Shown: positions 15,238 through 24,168, counted from the first letter of the stretch. The stretch: 26,169 nt of DNA from Leptospirales bacterium (GCA_040326155.1 JBEQLE010000048.1:1-26169); one strand, 5' to 3'. Numbers and translations are program-made. The notes: generated by a model from the sequence alone, not told the origin.

Positions 15238-17364
15238 ATGAACAATGTAGAATTAAACATAAATTCATATATTCAACCAGATCCCTTCTGGCTAAACTAT
15301 AGTAATGAAATCAATCGATTTGCTGGTCTTCTCGTTAAAAATCCATTTTTTCAACGAATGAAAAATACTACCTTTTTAGGTATATTATCTCCTTACTTTC
15401 ATGAATATACTAAAAGTAATAGTCCAATACACCTAAGCAGAAAATACATTGATGGCAACAGGCTGGACCATTCTTTAAATATGGCGGCATTACTGATAAA
15501 CCTATATGATTCTAACTTTGAAAACATAAAACACAGCGATAATTTAAAAGAAGAGATTATTCGTTATGCTGTTGTTTGGTGTATACTTCATGACTTAACG
15601 ACCTGGCCAGTTTCTCATACTTCAGAACCAGCCTTTGAGAATATTTTTAATACCTCTCACAAAGAAATACTATTTTCTATGATCAATAATTCTAAAAATT
15701 TACCACGTGAAATGTGGCTGGGTGATACGCTGGCTGATATTAATATCAACATTAATGATATATTGTGCCTACTAAAAAAAATGAAACCAAATAACGAAAA
15801 CCTAATACCACTTTATAACTTAATCAGTTCTCCCATAAATCCTGATACAATTGAAGGTATGTGGCGAGCCAGCCCAGTTTTTATGAGCAAAAATAGAATC
15901 AACCATCCAATTAAAGTATACTCAAACATTGAAGTATTAATGACTAATGATATAATGATTAAGCATGGGAAAAGGGGTAATTTATTAAATTTTTGGAAAA
16001 ATAAGTCTATTGTGTATAAAGATTTTATCAATAAAGACAAGGTTGTTAGGTGGGAGTCTAGTTGGACATTGGCTATACAAAAATCTGTAGGCAATATTGA
16101 CTTGTTAGAATCCTTTTATTTGGATGAAGACGAATTAATCAAAAAAGCAAAAAAATACTTTTCGGAGGATGTCACAGAAATTCATCGTTACAAACCTCCG
16201 CATGTTTACCCTATTTTTAAAGAAAAAAATTTAAAAAAAGGTACACCGAAATATTTAAACAGTTTAAAGTCCAAATTATTAGCTTACCCTAATTTTTTGT
16301 ATAAAGATGGAAGGATAAATCAAATGGAAGAAAAACATTTATTTGAATCTTTAAATGGTAATGTTAAATCTGAAACCTATGCCAAAATAGAGAGTACTTT
16401 TAATTATTCCAAAACCTTGGTGCAAAACATTGCAAAAATCATTCAGAATTACATTGTAGAAAATAAATTAAAAAAAGAAAATATTTGCTTTGCAGTTATG
16501 GGATCAATTGGCCGGTTTGAAGCCGGTGAAACTTCTGACATTGACATCATTCCAATATTCAGTGATGAGGGTTCTAAAGCATTGTTTGAATCTGAAAATC
16601 ACAATAAACTATTTCGAAAACATCTGCGCGAGCATTCCTCCAGGGATGTATCTAAAGGTGAAGACATTACTGCTCCAGTTACTATTGCTGAATTGATTGA
16701 TCCTGAAACAATTGGGGGTCAAAAGGATAATAGTAATACTCTAACAAGACGTTTGTTGTTAATCACAGAAGGCGTACAGGTTGGAGGCAACTTAGATTTG
16801 AATTTGATTAAAACTGAAATTCTTAAATCATATGCTGATCAGGAAAGAACTAGTGGTCGCAATGTCTTGTCATTAATGAATGATATTGCAAGATATTATA
16901 GAACCCTACTTATTGAATTTAAAGCTAAAATTGATGTTGAAGATAAAGCTTGGGGCATAAGAAACGCTAAATTGCGACACAATCGTAAGTTCTGGTATTT
17001 TTCATGTATATTGGCATTCGTTATGAACGATTCAAAAAATGAAAGCATTGAGAATCAAATAGACTTTTTAATAAAATCGTTCAACACACCAGCATATTTG
17101 CGCTATTCACAAATCTTAAATAAGTTCCCAGTTGAATATGGTGAACTATTGGCTTCTTATTTTTGGTTCATTGAATTTATTGGTTTAAAAGATAAAAGAG
17201 CATTATTAGGTAAGGTTCGTTTTCAAAATAGAAATAATATGGATCAAATAGATTATCAAGCTGTTAAATTGAATTCAGGAAGATTGCATAATGAGATGAT
17301 TTCGATTATACTTAGTCTACCAGAAAAATATAAGAAAAAATTGCTTGATTGGTTCCTTCTATAA
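15238..17364 (+). CDS. Fusion of HD-superfamily phosphohydrolase (YdhJ/SAMHD1-like) and Pol-beta-superfamily nucleotidyltransferase
   Basis: N-half: NPFFQRMK..TFLG, RLDHSL (H78), ILHDL...PVSHTSE (H118-D119), NPDT (D203). C-half: AVMGSIGRFEAGETSDIDII (G422-S423, D434-x-D436), IGGQKDNSNTLTRRLLLITEG and LMNDIARYYRTL. Visibly more AT-rich than its flanks. Confidence 0.8.
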   Translation: MNNVELNINSYIQPDPFWLNYSNEINRFAGLLVKNPFFQRMKNTTFLGILSPYFHEYTKSNSPIHLSRKYIDGNRLDHSLNMAALLINLYDSNFENIKHSDNLKEEIIRYAVVWCILHDLTTWPVSHTSEPAFENIFNTSHKEILFSMINNSKNLPREMWLGDTLADINININDILCLLKKMKPNNENLIPLYNLISSPINPDTIEGMWRASPVFMSKNRINHPIKVYSNIEVLMTNDIMIKHGKRGNLLNFWKNKSIVYKDFINKDKVVRWESSWTLAIQKSVGNIDLLESFYLDEDELIKKAKKYFSEDVTEIHRYKPPHVYPIFKEKNLKKGTPKYLNSLKSKLLAYPNFLYKDGRINQMEEKHLFESLNGNVKSETYAKIESTFNYSKTLVQNIAKIIQNYIVENKLKKENICFAVMGSIGRFEAGETSDIDIIPIFSDEGSKALFESENHNKLFRKHLREHSSRDVSKGEDITAPVTIAELIDPETIGGQKDNSNTLTRRLLLITEGVQVGGNLDLNLIKTEILKSYADQERTSGRNVLSLMNDIARYYRTLLIEFKAKIDVEDKAWGIRNAKLRHNRKFWYFSCILAFVMNDSKNESIENQIDFLIKSFNTPAYLRYSQILNKFPVEYGELLASYFWFIEFIGLKDKRALLGKVRFQNRNNMDQIDYQAVKLNSGRLHNEMISIILSLPEKYKKKLLDWFLL

Positions 17365-17406
17365 TATACGAAAATAGTTAATATTTAATGTGAACTTCAG
17401 ATAACC

Positions 17407-17462
17407 AGTCTGTAGAATAACCCTATTCCAGGTCGGCACGAAACTTGAGGTTTGGTTCTACA
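17407..17462. repeat. Degenerate copy of the TIR of the 297-392 element
   Basis: AGTCTGTAGAATAA (17407-17420) is identical to 298-311. Partial inverted TTCTACA at 17456-17462. Confidence 0.5.
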
Positions 17463-17602
17463 ATCATTTCATTGGTAACATTGATCCAAAAACTTTTTCC
17501 TTTACGCCAAATATAGACCAGAGTAAGGTGATTAAAATAGTATTATTGTTACGGATGAGACTATGCTGCTTTCGGTGGTTTACTCTGGAAAAAGGATTTT
17601 TT

Positions 17603-18715
17603 ATGTTTAAATATTATCTCAGAACGATTGCTGTCAGCTGGAAAATATTTGGTTTTAGCAGAGTTTTATTTTTTTCCATTTTCGTGGAAGCTTTGTTAAG
17701 AGGGTTCACTTTTTTCACCCTTTTTCTTGATAATATCTTTTATCGAAAATATAAAACCATCAAGGTTGAAAAACCAATTTTTATTTTGGGACACCCTCGA
17801 AGCGGCACGACTTTTCTGCATAACATGTTGACTTCAACCGATGAAACTGCCGTTTTTAAGACCTGGCATATTTTTTTTCCCGCTCTCACGGCGCGCCTGT
17901 TTATTAAACCGCTTATTAACAGACTAATACGAAAAGGTAAAACAGTACTGGTTCCAGAATCGGCGGGCCATAAGACTGATCTGAACCAGGTTGACGAAGA
18001 AGAGCTTTTATTTCTCAATAATTACGACACGCAATTTACTACGATTGGTTTACTTGGCCTTGATGAAAATGAATATCCCGAACTACACTTTCAAGACAAA
18101 CAACCGCGGTCACGGCGAATGAAATCAATGAAATTTTTTAATGGCTGTCTGCAAAGACATATGCTTTACACCGGGAAGCGACGCGTCATTGCTCAAACAC
18201 ATTTTTCAACTATGCGCATCAAGACACTGGCAGAGTTTTATCCTGATGCTACATTCATCTTCGTGGTTCGCAGCCCCCATCAAACAGTCCCCTCTTTTTT
18301 CTCTCTCCTGCATAAGGCAATTGACTATCGTTGGGGTTTGAAAAAAATCCCGGAGAAAGTTCTACATCGCTACAACAAAAAGCGTTACCAGGCAATGATA
18401 GACCTGTATAGATACTTTTACGATCTGGACACAAACAATGAACTTCCACCCGGCCGTGTATTGACCCTGCCCTACGACAAACTGCTCAAAGATCTAGAAT
18501 CAGGTTTTGATGAGATATGCGCTTTAACAGGAATTGAACCAAGCGACGAACTACGAGACAAGGTCCGAAAACAAGCAGCAAAACAAAAAGACTTTAAAAG
18601 AAAGCACAAAGTTATGGAACTCGGGCAGTTCGGGATAACTCGTGAAATGATTACCCGAGATTTTGCCTTTGTTTTTAAAAGGTATGGAATCTCCTCTGAA
18701 CATAAAGATTCATAA
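17603..18715 (+). CDS. PAPS-dependent sulfotransferase (Sulfotransfer_3 type)
   Basis: 5'-PSB loop PIFILGHPRSGTTFLH and 3'-PB FIFVVRSPHQTVPS. ATG 17603 after AAAGGA is preferred over GTG 17528. Confidence 0.9.
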   Translation: MFKYYLRTIAVSWKIFGFSRVLFFSIFVEALLRGFTFFTLFLDNIFYRKYKTIKVEKPIFILGHPRSGTTFLHNMLTSTDETAVFKTWHIFFPALTARLFIKPLINRLIRKGKTVLVPESAGHKTDLNQVDEEELLFLNNYDTQFTTIGLLGLDENEYPELHFQDKQPRSRRMKSMKFFNGCLQRHMLYTGKRRVIAQTHFSTMRIKTLAEFYPDATFIFVVRSPHQTVPSFFSLLHKAIDYRWGLKKIPEKVLHRYNKKRYQAMIDLYRYFYDLDTNNELPPGRVLTLPYDKLLKDLESGFDEICALTGIEPSDELRDKVRKQAAKQKDFKRKHKVMELGQFGITREMITRDFAFVFKRYGISSEHKDS

Positions 18716-18745
18716 AATCTATAATAAAGCGCCCCGGGCTTAACT

Positions 18746-19675
18746 TCACTCTTTTACTTGAAGATGGCGCAACTTGCTGAGCAACTTTTTATTTCTCTTA
18801 CCCAGAGTTTTTATCAAATTGAGTGTTTTATTAGGGTCCTGAAAAAACATTTGATCAAACGATTTTTTAGTCAAAGCCATCACTTGCAAAGGTGTGGTTG
18901 CGATAATGTCCGCAGTTCTTGGCTCATTAAAAAGAAGAGCCAGCTCTCCAAAGACATCCCCTTTTGTTAGAGTATCAACGATCGTGCTGGTGCCAGGTAA
19001 TCTTACATCAACATCGCCTTCAATAATAATATAAGCTCGCTGCCCGCGTTCCCCGCCGCGAATGACATATTCGTCCACTTCATAAAAACTTCGCTCATAC
19101 TCACCTATATAATCTTGAAGCTGGTTTTCTTCTACAAAGTGTATAAAAAAATCAGAGAGATTTCTGGCGTCGAGCATGAGCGGAATCATACGAGCATTCA
19201 TATGCGGTTCGGTAAACTCTTCGCCAACCTGCTCATAACCGACTCTTTTAAGTAGCCTGGCAATCGCCGGGTTGATCGGGGCAACCACATGGGTAACACC
19301 ATTGGATATACCAAAGTAAGTTGCCATTAACATCAGACCTGTTGTAATTTTCGGGGTTCGGTAGGCGTCGCTGACGCAAAACATACCACAGTGCATGATC
19401 AATGATTCTCCGGAAATATGAGGTCGAAAGTCAAAGTATTCATCTGCCGGTAAACCTACCTCCGAATCGATCGATAGGCGTAAGCTGCCAACCACGTTGC
19501 CTTCTTTTTCTACGACTAGATTTGATGTTGTGGGAAAAGCGTCAAAGCGATCCATTAGTCTGCCCGTTGGATCTTTTTCAAGCAACTTCTCTTCTTCATG
19601 AAAAACCTTATGACGAACTTTGAAAACTTCATCAATGGTTTCGGGTGTTTTTGCTATTTTTATTGTTGTGGCCAT
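18746..19675 (-). CDS. FeeM-like (N-acyl amino acid synthase/GNAT) domain fused to a C-terminal cyclic-nucleotide-binding domain
   Basis: N-terminal IKIA...VFKVRHKVF..E, DRFD, VVGSLRL, GLPADEYFDF and INP. C-terminal YIIIEGDVDV and phosphate-binding cassette FGELALLFNEPRTADIIA. Confidence 0.8.
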   Translation of the reverse strand: MATTIKIAKTPETIDEVFKVRHKVFHEEEKLLEKDPTGRLMDRFDAFPTTSNLVVEKEGNVVGSLRLSIDSEVGLPADEYFDFRPHISGESLIMHCGMFCVSDAYRTPKITTGLMLMATYFGISNGVTHVVAPINPAIARLLKRVGYEQVGEEFTEPHMNARMIPLMLDARNLSDFFIHFVEENQLQDYIGEYERSFYEVDEYVIRGGERGQRAYIIIEGDVDVRLPGTSTIVDTLTKGDVFGELALLFNEPRTADIIATTPLQVMALTKKSFDQMFFQDPNKTLNLIKTLGKRNKKLLSKLRHLQVKE

Positions 19676-19693
19676 ATTTACTCAGCTTCTGTA

Positions 19694-20584
19694 TTATTTT
19701 TTATATTCTGCGCACGCGATCATTTCACCGTCGTGAACAACCATACCCGAGACCTCGGGCATCAGCTCTTTCAGGATCTCTTCTGATTTAACCACTGAAA
19801 GCAGTGGTATATTATTTCGACTCATAAACTTTTTTAAGTTCTCATAATTGATTTTCCAGTTCAAGGGCTCGTTTTTAATTTTCAAGTAGAGTCCGAGAAG
19901 AGGACCATGAGTATACTTGCCTTCTCCATCGGGAGTGATGAATGTGAAGATCAATCGAAATCCGTTTTTACTAACTGCTTTCATGGCGTTAAATAGAGTG
20001 GTGATTTTTTCCTCATCGAGATACATCAATACACCTTCAATAATATATATAGTCTGTAGTTTGGAATCGAAATGGGCGAACTCTTGCAACCCGTTTTCCA
20101 GAGAATCTTTATTGAAATCTATATCAAGCATATGAAGGTTTTTCGGTATCTGTTCCATCGCCTGCAAAGCATCTTTCTTTACCTTGTGTGTTGCCGGATG
20201 ATCAATTTCGATCAAATTAACTTCAGGGTATTCTATTCCGAGACGGTAGGCTAAACTGTCAAAACCGGCGCCCAGATTTATTATCTGCTTCGCGCCGCTT
20301 TTCAATGCTGATCTTGTAAATTTTTCTATCGCTTTTTTTCGCAGTGCATAATGAATGGTCAAACCGGGAATCATCAGTTTTTCTATGAACGGAACGATAA
20401 AGCGAAAAACAGGGTTCTGCACTTGTTTTAATTTCTTACGACCCGAATTTGAAGATTTTAAAATTTCTCTATAAAATATTTTTTCTATTTCACTGACCAG
20501 TGTGTTGACTTTTGTTTTTCGTGAAACCAGCAATATCCCCTGGGCGACGGTGAATGCAGTAGAGCTTACGATATCATCTTTCAT
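19694..20584 (-). CDS. Class I SAM-dependent methyltransferase, LCM/YktD-like
   Basis: QIINLGAGFDSLAYRL, IEIDHP and IIEGVLMYL. Confidence 0.9.
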   Translation of the reverse strand: MKDDIVSSTAFTVAQGILLVSRKTKVNTLVSEIEKIFYREILKSSNSGRKKLKQVQNPVFRFIVPFIEKLMIPGLTIHYALRKKAIEKFTRSALKSGAKQIINLGAGFDSLAYRLGIEYPEVNLIEIDHPATHKVKKDALQAMEQIPKNLHMLDIDFNKDSLENGLQEFAHFDSKLQTIYIIEGVLMYLDEEKITTLFNAMKAVSKNGFRLIFTFITPDGEGKYTHGPLLGLYLKIKNEPLNWKINYENLKKFMSRNNIPLLSVVKSEEILKELMPEVSGMVVHDGEMIACAEYKK

Positions 20585-20784
20585 AAAAGTCCCGGTTAAA
20601 ATTATTTACATCTGCATTCTGTCAAAACATTTCTATAATTTTATGTAACGGAATCTGCGTATTTTACCGCACAGTCATGACATGATATACGATTTAACGT
20701 AAACTATCGCCGATGCTTTAGCTGGCCACGAGGTCCATGTGATCGACCTGGTGCAGTCCATCACAATATTTACACTGGTGCTCT

Positions 20785-21813
20785 TTACTGCCATTTGGCA
20801 TACATGACTCGATCGCCTGTTCCAGTGTGGGACACAGCTACAAAAAGACCATTGGCATAGGTTACGCCAACCCAAGAGTTATCCGCTGGAGAAGGGCGGA
20901 TTGCCCATGTAATCCCATCCCGAGAAATCATTACACGATTGCCAGTACCACTGGAGCCCACAGCCACAAAGAGACCATTGCCATAGGTTACGCCAAACCA
21001 AAAGTTATCTGCGGCCGATGTTTGGCTTGTCCATGTAATGCCATCCGGAGAAGTCATGACTCGATCGCCGGTACTTGGACCAAAGTCGGACACAGCCACA
21101 AAGAGACCATTACCATAGGTTACGCTACTCCATAAGTTATCTGAGGCAGATACGCGTGTTGTCCAATTAATGCCATCCGGAGAAGTCATAACTCGATCGC
21201 CTGAACCAGTAAAAGCCACAGCCACAAAGAGACCATTACCATAGGTTACACTACGCCATACATTAAGCCCGGACCCAGTTTGGCTTGTCCATGTAATTCC
21301 ATCCGGAGAAGTCATGACTGCATTGGCTGTGCCATTGTTGGCAATAGCCACAAAGAGACCATTGCCATAGGTTACGCTTTTCCACACGGTATCTGAGGCA
21401 GGAGCGCGGGTTGTCCATGTGATTCCATCCGGAGAAGTCATGACTTTATCGGCTGTACCAGTGTCGGCCACAGCCACAAAGAGACCATTGCCATAGGCTA
21501 CGTCTGTCCAATTGTTATCCACGGAATTGGAACGGCTTGTCCATGTCATGCCATCGCGAGAAGTCATGACTCGATCGCCTACACCATCGAGGGAGACAGC
21601 CACAAAGAGACCATTGCCATAAGTTACGCCAACCCATTGGTTATCCGCGGCTGAGTTTGCTGTTACAAAATCAGTCCAGGTGCAGTAGCTTGAATCATAT
21701 GCACATGGTCCCTCAAGATAAGCATCATAATCCCATGCCTGACATCTCAAAAATCCGAAACCTGATAAAAGGAGAAAATATAGCATCGTTGTCATTTTTG
21801 TTTTAAATTTCAT
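20785..21813 (-). CDS. Beta-propeller repeat lipoprotein (paralog 2)
   Basis: Signal peptide ending FGFLR-C. Seven ~43-aa repeats W..VTYGNGLFVAV...VMTSPDGITWT (Asp-box/BNR-like S.DG.TW). Confidence 0.85.
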   Translation of the reverse strand: MKFKTKMTTMLYFLLLSGFGFLRCQAWDYDAYLEGPCAYDSSYCTWTDFVTANSAADNQWVGVTYGNGLFVAVSLDGVGDRVMTSRDGMTWTSRSNSVDNNWTDVAYGNGLFVAVADTGTADKVMTSPDGITWTTRAPASDTVWKSVTYGNGLFVAIANNGTANAVMTSPDGITWTSQTGSGLNVWRSVTYGNGLFVAVAFTGSGDRVMTSPDGINWTTRVSASDNLWSSVTYGNGLFVAVSDFGPSTGDRVMTSPDGITWTSQTSAADNFWFGVTYGNGLFVAVGSSGTGNRVMISRDGITWAIRPSPADNSWVGVTYANGLFVAVSHTGTGDRVMYAKWQ

Positions 21814-21941
21814 TTTATTTACCCACTCAACCTGTAAACAGAGACATTATTACTTTTTTCATGTTTCATTAACTTTAAATACAAAAGTAGTTACCCTAAT
21901 ATAACAGATACTAAGTCGCCTATCATTTACACCGATGCTTT

Positions 21942-22976
21942 TTACTGCCATTTGGCATACATGACTCCATCGCCTGTACCAGTGCCGGCCACAGCCACAA
22001 AGAGACCATTACCATAGGTTACGCCAATCCATTGGTTATCCGTTGCAGATGGGCGGATTCTCCATGTAATCCCATCCCGAGAAGACATTGCACGATCACC
22101 TGTTCCAGAGCCGGCCACAGCCACAAAGAGACCATTGCCATAGGCTACGCCATTCCATTGATTATCCACCGCAGATGTGCGGGTTGTCCATGTAATACCA
22201 TCCGGAGAAGTCATCACTCCATTGCCTATCCCATCGATTGCCACCGCCACAAAGAGACCATTGCCATACGTTACGCCCCACCAAGAGATATCTGCTGCCG
22301 ATGTGCGGCTTGTCCATGTAAGCCCATCCGAAGAAGTCATCACTCGATCGGTTGTACCAGTTGAGGCCACAGCTACAAAAAGACCATTGCCATAGGTTAC
22401 GCTACGCCATGCGTTATCCACGGGATAGGAACGGGTTGTCCATGTAAATCCATCCGGCGAAGTCATTATATAAGTGCCTGCGGTACCAGCGTAGGCCACA
22501 GCCACAAAGAGACCATTGCCATAGGTTACGCTGCCCCATTGGTTATCCACGGGATTGGAACGGATTGTCCATGTAATTCCATCCGGAGAAGTCATTATAT
22601 AAGTGCCTGTGGTACCTCCGTTGGCCACAGCCACAAAGAGACCATTGCCATAGGCTACGTCTAGCCAAGTGTTATCCACGGGATTGGAACGGATTGTCCA
22701 TGTAATAGCATCTGGAGAAGTCATGACACGTTCATTTGCGACAGTGCTACTCTGAGCCACAGCTACAAAGAGACCATTGCCATACGTTACGCCAACCCAT
22801 TGGTTATCCGCGGCTGAGCTTGCTGTTACAAAATCTGTCCAAGTGCAGTAATTTGCATCATATGTACATGGTCCTTCAAGATAAGCATCATAATCCCATG
22901 CCTGACATCCCAAAATTCCGATACCCGATAAAAGGAGAAAATATAGCATCGTTGTCATGTTCGATTTTATTTTCAT
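21942..22976 (-). CDS. Beta-propeller repeat lipoprotein (paralog 1)
   Basis: Signal peptide ending IGILG-C. Seven repeats as in the paralog, with shared QAWDYDAYLEGPC and VMYAKWQ ends. Confidence 0.85.
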   Translation of the reverse strand: MKIKSNMTTMLYFLLLSGIGILGCQAWDYDAYLEGPCTYDANYCTWTDFVTASSAADNQWVGVTYGNGLFVAVAQSSTVANERVMTSPDAITWTIRSNPVDNTWLDVAYGNGLFVAVANGGTTGTYIMTSPDGITWTIRSNPVDNQWGSVTYGNGLFVAVAYAGTAGTYIMTSPDGFTWTTRSYPVDNAWRSVTYGNGLFVAVASTGTTDRVMTSSDGLTWTSRTSAADISWWGVTYGNGLFVAVAIDGIGNGVMTSPDGITWTTRTSAVDNQWNGVAYGNGLFVAVAGSGTGDRAMSSRDGITWRIRPSATDNQWIGVTYGNGLFVAVAGTGTGDGVMYAKWQ

Positions 22977-23001
22977 TTTATTTACACACTCAGATCTTTT
23001 T

Positions 23002-24108
23002 CTACATTAGATAATTCAGCGATAACATAAGCCCGCCAAAATAGAGTGAAACAGGTTCATCATAATATATATTAATATTAGCCGTAACGCCTGCTGAAAA
23101 ATAAGTAGTAAGCATTAGTTCTGCCCCAATTCTAAAAGCAAAAGCTGGATTGTATATTTTTCCAAATGCGTCATCGTTAATAACATAGTAACCAATGCCC
23201 AGATCGGCGCTGAATAACCAACGATTTGCAGGTATAGATAAACCGGCAAAAGCCAAACCATCTATTGCAGAAATGGAACCATAATTTAGTGTAGGGGTCC
23301 AAATTTCTGAAAAATCTATTTTCATGCCAAGATAAAACCGTGGTAAGATCCAGTACCGTCCTGCCAGAGCAAATTGTAATTTACATACTCCACAAAGCCC
23401 GTTTGCGAAGGGATCCCCATACGTTGCCGATTTTTTAAAAAATCCACCTAATACAGATATCGATATTTTTTTTGTTGACCAATCAAAACTTCTGGCAACC
23501 ATATTCTTAGTTATTTCTATTTTGTTACCTTTTTTTTCATCCACTTCCATAGAAGTATTTTCTTGAGCCTCTTGTGCCATACGATATATTTCACTCACCA
23601 GAATTTTTGCGACTTTCTTTGTTGCCATAAACAAGGTTTGATTTATAGCATTACGAGCTTCATCAAGCTGTTTCACCTGATCAAGAGCAGTATAGTAGAT
23701 AGAAATAGTAAAAACGAGTTCGTTAGTTTCTTTGTCATAGAGAAAACTTCCAAAAATTACTATTTCAGCAGAAAGGTCTTTTGCTATTTCCTTTACGGTT
23801 CCTATTTGAATTGCATTTTGGTCCAACTGTTCGTCGTTTTTGGCTCTGGGTTTTTTTTGCTCTATTTCATATATAGAATTTTTTACTAAATAAGAACGAA
23901 TTGCATAATACGTGAAATTTTTTAACATAGAAATATTAATTGCATTACTCAGACTGCTAGAAAGGTATTCATAATCATTGGAACCAGTCCTGTCTTCAAT
24001 AGGCAAAATAGCTATTCGTGCAAGTTCTGGGTTCTTAGCCGCGATCAGATGTCCGTTTGCTAGAATGCCGAATAGCAAAATAGCGATCAATTTCAATAAA
24101 TTTAACAA
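23002..24108 (-). CDS. Exported protein: TolB_N/FlgO/CsgG-like N-domain plus probable C-terminal outer-membrane beta-barrel
   Basis: Signal peptide. RIAILPIEDRTGSNDYEYLSSSLSNAI and IAKDLSAEIVIFGSF. C-terminal amphipathic strands (LFSADLGIGYY, FRIGAELML, GGLMLSLNYLM). TTG start. Confidence 0.65.
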   Translation of the reverse strand: MLNLLKLIAILLFGILANGHLIAAKNPELARIAILPIEDRTGSNDYEYLSSSLSNAINISMLKNFTYYAIRSYLVKNSIYEIEQKKPRAKNDEQLDQNAIQIGTVKEIAKDLSAEIVIFGSFLYDKETNELVFTISIYYTALDQVKQLDEARNAINQTLFMATKKVAKILVSEIYRMAQEAQENTSMEVDEKKGNKIEITKNMVARSFDWSTKKISISVLGGFFKKSATYGDPFANGLCGVCKLQFALAGRYWILPRFYLGMKIDFSEIWTPTLNYGSISAIDGLAFAGLSIPANRWLFSADLGIGYYVINDDAFGKIYNPAFAFRIGAELMLTTYFSAGVTANINIYYDEPVSLYFGGLMLSLNYLM

Positions 24109-24168
24109 TTTAACATTATTCTTTCAACACCAACATTGTCAATATTAAATTTAAATTTTACGAACAGG

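Noticed and set aside
17470..17590. Riboswitch upstream of the sulfotransferase (9-bp IR CCAGAGTAA/TTACTCTGG)
   Set aside because: Only one short stem is evident. Conserved c-di-GMP or SAM aptamer motifs could not be matched by eye; cmscan would settle it.
20785..22976. Diversity-generating retroelement TR/VR pair
   Set aside because: Differences between the paralogs are not adenine-specific, both are intact genes, and no reverse transcriptase is present.
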